Below are positions 26,526 to 34,273 of a stretch of DNA of 64,000 bases, in pieces. A program made the position numbers and the translations under genes. This stretch comes from an uncultured Methanosarcinales archaeon (GTDB taxonomy: Archaea; Nanobdellota; Nanobdellia; Woesearchaeales; ARS49). Location: assembly GCA_964550175.1 (NCBI GenBank), contig CAZJXP010000001.1, positions 424,706-488,705 of the forward strand, written 5' to 3'. The notes beneath the pieces are model-generated. The model was not told where the DNA came from and ran no database searches. It saw nothing but the letters and a program-made list of their open reading frames with translations. How positions within the stretch are numbered: the stretch's first letter is position 1; each line of letters starts with the position of its first letter.

Positions 26526-28034
26526 TTAACTCTTCGCTATCGGCGCGTTCATTTCAATTGTCCCCAAATTCTTGTCTACGATGATGAAACCAGTAACTCT
26601 ATTCTTGCCCAAATGCTTCGACTTGTAGAGCGCCCTATCCGCCTCTTTAATCATGAATTCCGGAGAGACTGACGAATTCATGCACGTGGCGACCCCTAAA
26701 CTAATCGTCGTCTTGCGGTTTGGGAATGCGTGGCCGTCAACTGCCTGACGAACTCGTTCGGCTACTGCGATGGCGTGCTCGGGCTTGGTCTCCGGCAGCA
26801 TGACGACAAACTCTTCACCACCATATCGGCAGCAGCTGTCGATACTTCCCACGGCGTCGCGCAGCACCTTGCCTAATTCTGAAAGCAGCTTGTCCCCCTC
26901 AGGATGACCGTACGTGTCGTTGTAGCTCTTGAAGTTGTCGACGTCAAAAATGATCAGACTGGTAGGACGCTTGAACTTAGCCGCACGAGTCACTTCATTC
27001 TTGAATGTCTCGACGAAATAATGCTTGTTGTACAGATTGGTGAGCTTGTCCGTGACGGCGGTTTCCTGCGCAAGCTTATACCTTGCGGCAGCCGCTAACG
27101 CAACTTCAACACGTTTGCCGAGCGCGAACACGACCTCCTCGAACGCACGCAAATTCGTTTCGGGTTTGCCATACAGCACCAGCATCCCTTTCGTGTTGCC
27201 GTCCCACACGATCGGCACGGCAAGTATGCTGTTCGCGAGCTCATGCGACTGCGACAACTGGCCAAGCATGAAATCATTCCTTACGTCTCCAAGAAACAGC
27301 GGCGTTCGACTGTTACTCACATGGGCCCAAAGCGCGTCTTCCACCGGCTTAGCTGCGGCATTACGCGTCTCCAAGAACGAAAATCGCGCCGAATCATTAC
27401 CGTGGCGGACGCTGCAGTCCTCGATCGGAAACGTCTTCATGCAGAAGTTCAGCGTCGTGTTGAGGATTTTCGGAACGTCGAACGTCGCGTTCACTTGGTT
27501 CAAAAACTCGAACAGCACGTTCAACTGCTGCAACTCCTTGCGGTCTTTCGATCTATCGGAAGCTATTTTCGGCAACGTGACCGCGAACGTCTCCAACAAT
27601 AACTTGATGATGTTGAGCTGGTGCGCTCCTTGCACGGGCAGCTTCGGAATCTCGTCGACAAGCTCGTCCGCGTCAAGCCCGATCAACCGGGCGGCCTTCA
27701 TGGCAGCGTCATCCAGACGCTGGTCGGTGCGGATGCTTTCGACCATCAACGCGCCGACCTTCTTATCATTGATGATAATGGGAACGGAAACAGAATACAA
27801 TCCCGCGTGGCACGAATCTTGGTAAATGCCTGACGCTTTCACCGCCCAATCCTGACGGCACAATGTGCAGAACTGCCCGCCTTTCTTTTCCACTAATGTG
27901 CAGAAGAATGGAAACGTGCCCGACTTGAATACGATCTGGCCTTTCAAGTCAACCGCGACAACGGGCAGTCCAATCGAGGCAGAAAGCCGATCTTGCACCA
28001 ACTGCCACGTCGGGGCATCCACGAGGTCTCGCAT
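26526..28034 (-). CDS. Diguanylate cyclase with PocR-like and GAF-like sensor domains (PocR-GAF-GGDEF)
   Basis: The N-terminal Cys/His pattern FCTLVEKKGGQFCTLCRQ...CHAGLYSVSVPI is PocR-like. A central GAF-like region follows. The GGDEF domain reads TDKLTNLYNKHYF, IIFDVDNFKSYNDTYGHPEGDKLL and RYGGEEFVVMLPE. Confidence 0.9.
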   Translation of the reverse strand: MRDLVDAPTWQLVQDRLSASIGLPVVAVDLKGQIVFKSGTFPFFCTLVEKKGGQFCTLCRQDWAVKASGIYQDSCHAGLYSVSVPIIINDKKVGALMVESIRTDQRLDDAAMKAARLIGLDADELVDEIPKLPVQGAHQLNIIKLLLETFAVTLPKIASDRSKDRKELQQLNVLFEFLNQVNATFDVPKILNTTLNFCMKTFPIEDCSVRHGNDSARFSFLETRNAAAKPVEDALWAHVSNSRTPLFLGDVRNDFMLGQLSQSHELANSILAVPIVWDGNTKGMLVLYGKPETNLRAFEEVVFALGKRVEVALAAAARYKLAQETAVTDKLTNLYNKHYFVETFKNEVTRAAKFKRPTSLIIFDVDNFKSYNDTYGHPEGDKLLSELGKVLRDAVGSIDSCCRYGGEEFVVMLPETKPEHAIAVAERVRQAVDGHAFPNRKTTISLGVATCMNSSVSPEFMIKEADRALYKSKHLGKNRVTGFIIVDKNLGTIEMNAPIAKS

Positions 28035-28079
28035 GGAATAATGTGCAGAACGCTGTTTTAAAAGGATTTAGCGGATGGA

Positions 28080-29015
28080 TTAGCTATCCGAGTCAATCAC
28101 GCCTCGCGCGAGGTCCGTGATGAGCGTTCCCATCGTTTTGAACGTCTCCGCGACGTCCAACAATCCTAATTCTGCGAGCTTTCCGGCTTTTCCGGCGAGC
28201 CCTTCACGTTTGCGGGCGACGCTTTCCGCAAGCGTTCGGTCCGTCGTGAACTGGGCCTTGATTGCGTCAAGATACAATAATTCGAGCGCGGCATAAGTCT
28301 CGCGGACTTGCGTCTGATGCTGTTTGCTCAATTTTCCGCACAGTTTCGCGGCGTTCTTGATCGTGTCGCCGAGATTTTCCAACGTATTTGCGGTCAGCCA
28401 AGAGCCCAAGACTTTATCGTTCGTCAACTGCACTTGCTGCGCCATGATCGGGTCCTTCAAACTACCTTTCAACAAGCGATACAGCAAGAAATACATTCGG
28501 TTCATGTCATAATCACGGAGCACGACGCTTTCCGTCAATGCAGGGTTATCAAGACTTGAGATTCCGTCCTTGAACATCGAGCGCACGGTCATGTCCATTC
28601 TTCGGATGGTTTTCTCAACCGAGACTTCCTTCAGGTTGAGCATGTCCTGCGCAACCAACAGCGTCGGCGTCTGCTCCACAATCTCAAGCGCGGCAAAGTC
28701 GCGAAGCAATCTTCGGATTTCTTTTGCCTTTTCGTGCAGCGTGTCGCCCGTGAACCGCAGCATCGTGTAATTGTTCACGTACGCGCTCGTCAGTTCGCGG
28801 CCGATGGTCTCGATTGTTTTCTTGTCCACATCCAGAGTTTTCTCGCGGACAGTGCTTGTCGCCGTCGTAAGATCCGGTAAGATAACCAGGGCGTGGTCGC
28901 GCGGCTGAAGATAGATAGTGCTTCCTTTGGTCAGCTTATGCTGGTCAAGCCATTCCTTCGGCAAAGACACCGTATGGCTGCTGGGACCGGCTTTTACGAG
29001 CTTACGGACATGCAT
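28080..29015 (-). CDS. AbrB/SpoVT-domain plus PhoU-repeat regulator (archaeal PhoU-type)
   Basis: The N-terminal VRKLVKAGPSSHTVSLPKEWL...GSTIYL is an AbrB-type fold. It is followed by two helical PhoU-like repeats. Confidence 0.7.
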   Translation of the reverse strand: MHVRKLVKAGPSSHTVSLPKEWLDQHKLTKGSTIYLQPRDHALVILPDLTTATSTVREKTLDVDKKTIETIGRELTSAYVNNYTMLRFTGDTLHEKAKEIRRLLRDFAALEIVEQTPTLLVAQDMLNLKEVSVEKTIRRMDMTVRSMFKDGISSLDNPALTESVVLRDYDMNRMYFLLYRLLKGSLKDPIMAQQVQLTNDKVLGSWLTANTLENLGDTIKNAAKLCGKLSKQHQTQVRETYAALELLYLDAIKAQFTTDRTLAESVARKREGLAGKAGKLAELGLLDVAETFKTMGTLITDLARGVIDSDS

Positions 29016-29040
29016 GTTTCGTCACCTTTTTATCAATGAA

Positions 29041-29079
29041 TAACGTACTAAACGTATTCTTAAGATAAGAAGTACGTTA
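29041..29079. promoter_or_regulatory. 9-bp perfect inverted repeat in the regulator promoter region
   Basis: TAACGTACT (29041-29049) and AGTACGTTA (29071-29079) are separated by 21 nt, 26-64 nt upstream of the ATG at 29015. An extra AACGTA half-site lies at 29051-29056. Confidence 0.4.
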
Positions 29080-29169
29080 AAGCTATATTAAAGTTGCGCC
29101 TAATATAGTTTATCCTTATGCAAACGCATGGGGATAACGCGAGAGAAAAAATGAAACACACAATACAGG

Positions 29170-29258
29170 CGGCGAGATAGGCTCGCAACGCACATTGCCT
29201 ATCCGCTGATTGGACGACCCTGAGTGCACCACCGCTAAACGGGTCGCCTACCTTTTTT
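29170..29258 (+). ncRNA. Candidate structured RNA module 1 (two hairpins plus T tract)
   Basis: 12-bp stem CGGCG(A)GATAGGC/GCCTATCCGCTG (29170-29208). 6-bp stem CGACCC/GGGTCG (29215-29246). Then CCTACCTTTTTTCATTTTATTTTT. Confidence 0.3.
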
Positions 29259-29277
29259 CATTTTATTTTTCGCACTA

Positions 29278-29401
29278 GCGCACATGCACAATGTGCGTCA
29301 CAATCGTTGGCGCGAAAGGCCGAAAGGCCTGGTCGCAGACCGTTGCCGGATAGCGGCCACGGTTCCTACCTCACCGGGCGGAAGCACTCCGCCCTCCTTT
29401 T
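29278..29401 (+). ncRNA. Candidate structured RNA module 2 (four hairpins, the last followed by a T tract)
   Basis: Hairpins at 29278-29298 (GCGCACAT/ATGTGCGT), 29312-29336 (GGCC-GAAA-GGCC core), 29338-29365 and 29376-29394 (GGGCGGA-AGCAC-TCCGCCC), then TCCTTTTAT. Confidence 0.3.
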
Positions 29402-29421
29402 ATGCTCACCAACCCCCCCTC

Positions 29422-29461
29422 GGCGCGAATAGCGAACTCATTCTCCTTCGCGCCTCTTTTT
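29422..29461 (+). terminator. Hairpin plus T tract (module 3)
   Basis: GGCGCGAA / TTCGCGCC 8-bp stem with a 17-nt loop, followed by TCTTTTT. Confidence 0.35.
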
Positions 29462-29537
29462 ATCCTCCTCCTCGCTTACGCCCTCCTGTTCGACCGGGCG
29501 AATTTCGTCGAGACCCTCTATAATTTGGTGCATCGAC

Positions 29538-30650
29538 ATGCTCATTACTGACGCTTCGCTGCTCGCGAAGTTCGATGCATTCATCAAGAAAATAACTCCA
29601 TCCGATGTTCTTGGATTATTTCATGACGCGGACTCGGACGGAATCTCCTCAGGCGCGCTAGTCGCGACGGCCATTCAAAGGATACGAGGAAGGCTGCCTG
29701 ATGTCCGTCTATTCCCAGCAGGCGCGTCGCACACGATCCGCGACGAAGACGTCGCGAACCTCCGAAAAGCCGGCGTGACAAAGTTCATCTCCTGTGATGT
29801 CGCGCTCGACAACATGCCCGAGGTTGCAGAAAAAATAGCAAGTTTTGCTGACGTGCTGATTATCGACCACCATGCGTTGTACAAGCCATTCAAAGCAAAA
29901 AATATCCTCCTCATCAAGCCCCAACTCTACACCGATCTTCCGAAGCCGAGCCAATACTGCACGAGCAAGATGGCCTATGACCTCTTTTCGCGGCACGTCA
30001 ACCTCGAGGACAAAGACTGGCTTGCTGTGGCTGGATGTATCTCGGACATCGCGGTCGAGCCCTGGAAGGAATGGGTCAAATCAGTCTTCAAAAAATACAA
30101 CCTGCCGATGAACAAGGATTTGTTCAAGACAAAACTTGGGCAAGTCGGAATCTACATCAACGACACGGCATCGTATGACACAAATGAAATTCACAAGGCA
30201 TTTACCGCGGCCGTCGAGGCAAAAACGTTCAAGGAGCTGCTCGACTCACCAATCAAAAAGTACCACGCAATCATCGAAAAGGAAATCATCAAGTGGACCA
30301 AGCACATCAAAACAAAAGGAGAATGGCATCCCGAACTGAAGCTCGTATTCTACCAAGTCACGCCAAAATATTCGGTAAAGAGCGCCGTGACGACGATTCT
30401 CGGACTCAAATACAAAAAAGAAATCATCGTCGTTTCCGCGCCTGAGCACAACAAAGTCACAATATCCCTGCGGTGCAACGACCAACATGTCGCGGTCAAC
30501 AATCTCCTTGTTGAAGCGCTCAAAGGATTGCCGGACGCGTCCGGCGGCGGACACATCCCGGCAGCCGGCGGAAGATGCAACGTGAAAGACTATCCTACTG
30601 TAAAAGACAACATCATGCGATTGCTACGAGAAGGATTTACCGGACTTTAG
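29538..30650 (+). CDS. DHH/DHHA1 family phosphoesterase (NrnA/RecJ-like)
   Basis: Motif I DADSDG, motif II CDV, motif III LIIDHH, and DHHA1 motif GGGHIPAAGG. 370 aa. Confidence 0.8.
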   Translation: MLITDASLLAKFDAFIKKITPSDVLGLFHDADSDGISSGALVATAIQRIRGRLPDVRLFPAGASHTIRDEDVANLRKAGVTKFISCDVALDNMPEVAEKIASFADVLIIDHHALYKPFKAKNILLIKPQLYTDLPKPSQYCTSKMAYDLFSRHVNLEDKDWLAVAGCISDIAVEPWKEWVKSVFKKYNLPMNKDLFKTKLGQVGIYINDTASYDTNEIHKAFTAAVEAKTFKELLDSPIKKYHAIIEKEIIKWTKHIKTKGEWHPELKLVFYQVTPKYSVKSAVTTILGLKYKKEIIVVSAPEHNKVTISLRCNDQHVAVNNLLVEALKGLPDASGGGHIPAAGGRCNVKDYPTVKDNIMRLLREGFTGL

Positions 30651-31014
30651 GTTTCTTGCTCATCACGCTTGGCACGTCAACCATGTACTTGCCTTCGGCG
30701 AGTTTGAAGATCAACGGTTCGTCGCGGAACAATTTCGCAAGGTCAAGCTCGTATTTGCCGGGCGCAACCATGCGCACGCTTTCAAAATCAAGAATGACCG
30801 GCTCTTCCGGATCTTGCCCGAGCATGAGAAAAACATCCTGCTCCATACGGAACTTCTGCTCCGGAGTCAAATTCAACGCGACTTCTTTCTTTGCGGCGTC
30901 CAAACGAGATTGCTTGATGTAAAAGAACAGTTTTCCGCCGCAGACGCAGCCCGACAACAATTCTTTCGAACCGTCCGGATAGAACGTGCTGCAACGAACG
31001 CATTGGTGCGGCAT
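30637..31014 (-). CDS. Zn-ribbon protein (DUF2072/OapC-like)
   Basis: N-terminal CVRC...CVCGG ribbon. Last gene of a GTPase/DUF2073/Zn-ribbon triad. The family name is recalled from haloarchaeal origin-associated (Oap) annotation. Confidence 0.6.
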   Translation of the reverse strand: MPHQCVRCSTFYPDGSKELLSGCVCGGKLFFYIKQSRLDAAKKEVALNLTPEQKFRMEQDVFLMLGQDPEEPVILDFESVRMVAPGKYELDLAKLFRDEPLIFKLAEGKYMVDVPSVMSKKPKVR

Positions 31015-31024
31015 CAGAACCCCA

Positions 31025-31393
31025 TTATCGTTTTGCCTTCTTCTTGTCGCTGGTGAATAATTCGATCTTGTTCGGGTCCTTCTTTATTTTCTTGACAATG
31101 CTCGCCGGGCCGACAATCGTCAACCCAGTGCGGTTGCCAAGAATGAAACTCGCGACATTGTCCAAGAAAGCCCCGCTGTTACTCGGATTGATGACGGCCA
31201 ACTCGATGCCGCGGAACTCCTTGTTAATCTCTTCCATTGTGGCTTGAATCAGCTCGGCTTCCTCCTCCTTCTTCAATCTGCCCTGCAGCATCACGATCTT
31301 GTTCTGCTTCGCGACATTGAGAATCTTGCGAATCCTGCCGACGCTCGTGAGTCCGTCGATTTCGCTGTAGGGCATCAGTTGTATCGTTACCAT
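31025..31393 (-). CDS. DUF2073/OapB-like protein
   Basis: 122 aa, the middle gene of the triad, 2 nt after the GTPase stop. Assigned by context and remembered family pattern. Confidence 0.55.
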   Translation of the reverse strand: MVTIQLMPYSEIDGLTSVGRIRKILNVAKQNKIVMLQGRLKKEEEAELIQATMEEINKEFRGIELAVINPSNSGAFLDNVASFILGNRTGLTIVGPASIVKKIKKDPNKIELFTSDKKKAKR

Positions 31394-31395
31394 GT

Positions 31396-32019
31396 TTACC
31401 TCTTTGCGAGCTTAAACAGGTGCTCATAGAACTCGTCCATGTTCTTGCCTGTTCGCGCAGACACTCCTATCACACCATACTGGGGGAACGCCGTCTCGAC
31501 GCGCTTCATCTTCGAACGCTTGAGGTCGACCTTGTTCGCGACCACGAGCACAGGAATGTCCCGCGCCTGCAGATTGCCGAGAATCGTGACGTTGACCTGG
31601 CTGAACGGGTCTTGTGTGGAGTCGAGCACGACGATGACCGTGTCGACTTCATCGAGCCACTTGATGCTATCAATAACTCCCTTCGTGGCTTCGCGAGCGC
31701 GTTTCTTTGCCGTTTTCTCGTTCATGCCGTGCTTCATGAAATCTTCGAAATCAATCCGCGTGGCGATGCCCGGCGTATCAATGAGATTAAATTGCAACTC
31801 CTTGCCATCTTTGCTCTTGATGACGACGCTTTCCTTCATCTGGATTTCGCGCGTCTCGTGAGGAATCTGAGAAACCGAGCCTAATTCTGTGCCGAGCCAG
31901 TCAAGGCAGATGCGGTTGGCTAACGTGGTTTTGCCGGAGTTCGGAGGACCATAGAGGCCGAGCTTGAAATTCTTGCGCAGTCCCCACCCCGAAAAAAGTT
32001 TCTTCAACCAATCAAACAT
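31396..32019 (-). CDS. Small GTP-binding protein (OapA-like, Era/Arf-like P-loop)
   Basis: Start moved to ATG 32019 (MFDWLKKLF). G1 GPPNSGKTT, G3 DTPG, G4 NKVD. Confidence 0.8.
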   Translation of the reverse strand: MFDWLKKLFSGWGLRKNFKLGLYGPPNSGKTTLANRICLDWLGTELGSVSQIPHETREIQMKESVVIKSKDGKELQFNLIDTPGIATRIDFEDFMKHGMNEKTAKKRAREATKGVIDSIKWLDEVDTVIVVLDSTQDPFSQVNVTILGNLQARDIPVLVVANKVDLKRSKMKRVETAFPQYGVIGVSARTGKNMDEFYEHLFKLAKR

Positions 32020-32150
32020 GCAAACACCACTTTCAGTCGAAGAAGCCGGAGCGTCCTTTTTATAGATTTCTATTCTGCATAGTGAACTGAGATTCAATCA
32101 CGAACGATTTGAAAAAAGAGAATAAAAAAGACAAAAAAAAGCAGTTAGAC

Positions 32151-32402
32151 TTACGCTCGAGCCATCTTTGCGCGAGAAACGTGGCCGTTCTTGTCAACGA
32201 AGTACAAGTAACCGACACTCTTCTTGACGCCGACCTTAGCGACCTTTTCGGGCTTGCTCTTCGCGCCCTTCTTTCGGCCACGGGCCATCTTCGCTCGAGA
32301 GACGTCTCCGCTCTTGTCGACGAAGTACAGGAATCCGCCCTGCTTCTTAACACCCACTTTTGCAACCAATTCTGCCATGGAAAACCCTCCTTTTTTGTTC
32401 AA
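32151..32402 (-). CDS. Small basic protein made of two tandem ~35-aa repeats
   Basis: VAKVGVKKQGGFLYFVDKSGDVSRAKMARG and VAKVGVKKSVGYLYFVDKNGHVSRAKMARA are joined by a Lys-rich linker. The repeat is also visible at the DNA level. Confidence 0.65.
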   Translation of the reverse strand: MNKKGGFSMAELVAKVGVKKQGGFLYFVDKSGDVSRAKMARGRKKGAKSKPEKVAKVGVKKSVGYLYFVDKNGHVSRAKMARA

Positions 32403-32484
32403 TGATCGGGAAAACGCTTCCCCCGTTCTCGACGATAAACGGAGGTTGTTTATAAAACTTTCGAACGAGTATCGACGTGGAAAA

Positions 32485-32682
32485 TCACTTCGAACGGCGC
32501 TTTACGGACGTTTTCCGTCGAGAAACCGGTTCACGGACGCGTTTCAGAAACTTTTTCGCTTTTTCTGCGCGAGCCATATCGCTCTCAAAACGCTTCGCAA
32601 GCTCTTGTTCAGTCGGAATCTTCTCTTGGGCGAGCCGGTCAGCTTCTGCCATTATCTTCGCAATATCAACCCTTTTTGCCAT
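32485..32682 (-). CDS. Small basic helical protein (65 aa)
   Basis: Only the part from ATG 32682 (MAKRVDIAKIMAEADRLAQEK...) looks protein-like. The longer ORF-track version runs antisense into the herA-like gene. Confidence 0.4.
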   Translation of the reverse strand: MAKRVDIAKIMAEADRLAQEKIPTEQELAKRFESDMARAEKAKKFLKRVREPVSRRKTSVKRRSK

Positions 32683-32767
32683 ATATCCGCTTGAGCGCGG
32701 GAGATTTAAGTAATTTATGGTTTGCACCCGCCAAATCATTAAATAGCGCCCGACCGACGGAAAAAAC

Positions 32768-34273
32768 ATGACGAAAGGGATGGTGGTGTCGGGCGGTTTC
32801 GGCGGGATTCTCATCAGGACGAAGCGCGACAAACCGTTCGAGCTCGGCGAGCTCCTTATCACGGAAACGCCCGCGGGCAAGATTCTGCTGCACGTGTACG
32901 ATCTTGCGTACGGCTCGCAACTGAGCCAACAACATCTCGAACTCGTTTCAGGACTGAAGCTTGAGGAAGACGAAAGTCTCGGGCTCATGGACCCGCACCT
33001 GCGCAATTATGTTTTGGCGAAGGCGCAAGGGCTCGTCACGATCGCCGGAAAAAACGCAACGGCCTGCAAAAGCCTTCCGTCGATGTTTGCGCCCGTGCGC
33101 GCGATAACTCCTGAAGACATCACCTTTCTTACGGCGCCGCCGACGCCCTTGTTCGTCGGCAACCTGCGGTCGGGCAGCACCGTGCTCGACGTTCCCATCT
33201 ATCTCAACGGCAAAGATGTGCTGAGCCATCACGTGTTAATTTCAGCGACAACCGGCAAAGGAAAAAGCAACCTCGCGTACGCCATGCTGTGGGACCTGTG
33301 CGGAAAAGACTATGCTGGGATGCTTGTGCTTGATCCGCACGACGAATATTATGGACGCGCAAAGCTCGGGCTGAAAGACCACGCCAACCGCGACAAAGTA
33401 AGTTATTACTCCCCTGACCCTGTGCCCGGCGGACGGACGCTCAAGCTCAATCTTTCCCTGGTGCAACCGCACCATTTCGACGGCGTGATGCCCTGGAGCG
33501 ATGCCCAGCGCGAATGCCTCACAGCATATTGGAAACGCCACCCGAACGACTGGATCACGCAGATTCTCACGGGTGAAAAGATCGACGGATTCATGGAAGG
33601 GACGCTCGCGGTCGTCAAACGAAGATTGCAGCAATTGCTCGACCTGAACGTCATCGATGAAAAATTGACGGCGTCAGGAGTGTTTGATTTGCATGCTGGA
33701 CAAACGACCGTGAGCGACATCGTGCGCGACCTTGAGAATGCAAAAATCGTCATCATCGACACGAGCTCGTTTGCCGGCCCGGTCGAAATCCTTATCGGAA
33801 GCTTAATCGCGTCGGAAGCGTTCCAACGCTACAAACGCTGCAAGCAAGACGGCAGCCTGAAGGACAAGCCCGTCATCAGTATCGTGCTCGAGGAAGCGCC
33901 ACGAGTATTGGGCAAGGATGCGCTTGAACGCGGCGGAAACATCTTCAGCACGCTCGCACGCGAAGGCCGGAAGTTCAAGATCGGACTTGTCGCAATCACG
34001 CAACTGCCTTCGCTCATCCCGCGCGACATCCTCGCGAACATAAACACCAAGATCATCCTCGGAACGGAGATGAAGCCAGAGCGGCAGGCGCTCATCGAAA
34101 GCGCGGCGCAGGATTTGTCCGAAGACGACCGCACGATCGCGAGCCTGAACAAAGGGGAAGCCCTCATCACGAGCACGTTCGTCGCGTTCGCGACTCCGAT
34201 AAAGATTCCGCTTTTCGAGACGATTGCGCAAATTCCAAAAACGCCGCGCTCGTTCGCGGGGGTAAACCAATGA
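32768..34273 (+). CDS. HerA-like (DUF87) hexameric ATPase
   Basis: N-terminal barrel-like region, Walker [11 protein letters not shown], Walker B-like [10 protein letters not shown]. 501 aa. Confidence 0.8.
   Translation: MTKGMVVSGGFGGILIRTKRDKPFELGELLITETPAGKILLHVYDLAYGSQLSQQHLELVSGLKLEEDESLGLMDPHLRNYVLAKAQGLVTIAGKNATACKSLPSMFAPVRAITPEDITFLTAPPTPLFVGNLRSGSTVLDVPIYLNGKDVLSHHVLISATTGKGKSNLAYAMLWDLCGKDYAGMLVLDPHDEYYGRAKLGLKDHANRDKVSYYSPDPVPGGRTLKLNLSLVQPHHFDGVMPWSDAQRECLTAYWKRHPNDWITQILTGEKIDGFMEGTLAVVKRRLQQLLDLNVIDEKLTASGVFDLHAGQTTVSDIVRDLENAKIVIIDTSSFAGPVEILIGSLIASEAFQRYKRCKQDGSLKDKPVISIVLEEAPRVLGKDALERGGNIFSTLAREGRKFKIGLVAITQLPSLIPRDILANINTKIILGTEMKPERQALIESAAQDLSEDDRTIASLNKGEALITSTFVAFATPIKIPLFETIAQIPKTPRSFAGVNQ

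Noticed and set aside
29101-29470. SRP RNA, RNase P RNA or a c-di-GMP/c-di-AMP riboswitch in the structured gap
   Set aside because: I could not find the conserved cores I remember: the SRP helix 8 GGAA tetraloop with its AGCA-type loops, RNase P CR-I GGAAAGUCC, or the GEMM-I GCAAAC/GACGCAAAGCC-type segments. No known-family call is made and only the generic structure is reported.
29284-29523. 79-aa ORF in the large intergenic region
   Set aside because: The translation is Arg/Pro/Ser-rich and low in complexity. It runs straight through several strong hairpins and T tracts and has no plausible start context. The region is better explained as non-coding RNA or leader.
32683-33006. Upstream two-thirds of the 173-aa minus-strand ORF 32485-33006
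   Set aside because: This part runs antisense into the herA-like gene and is Ser/Arg/Cys-rich. Only the last 65 codons, from ATG 32682, look like a real small basic protein.
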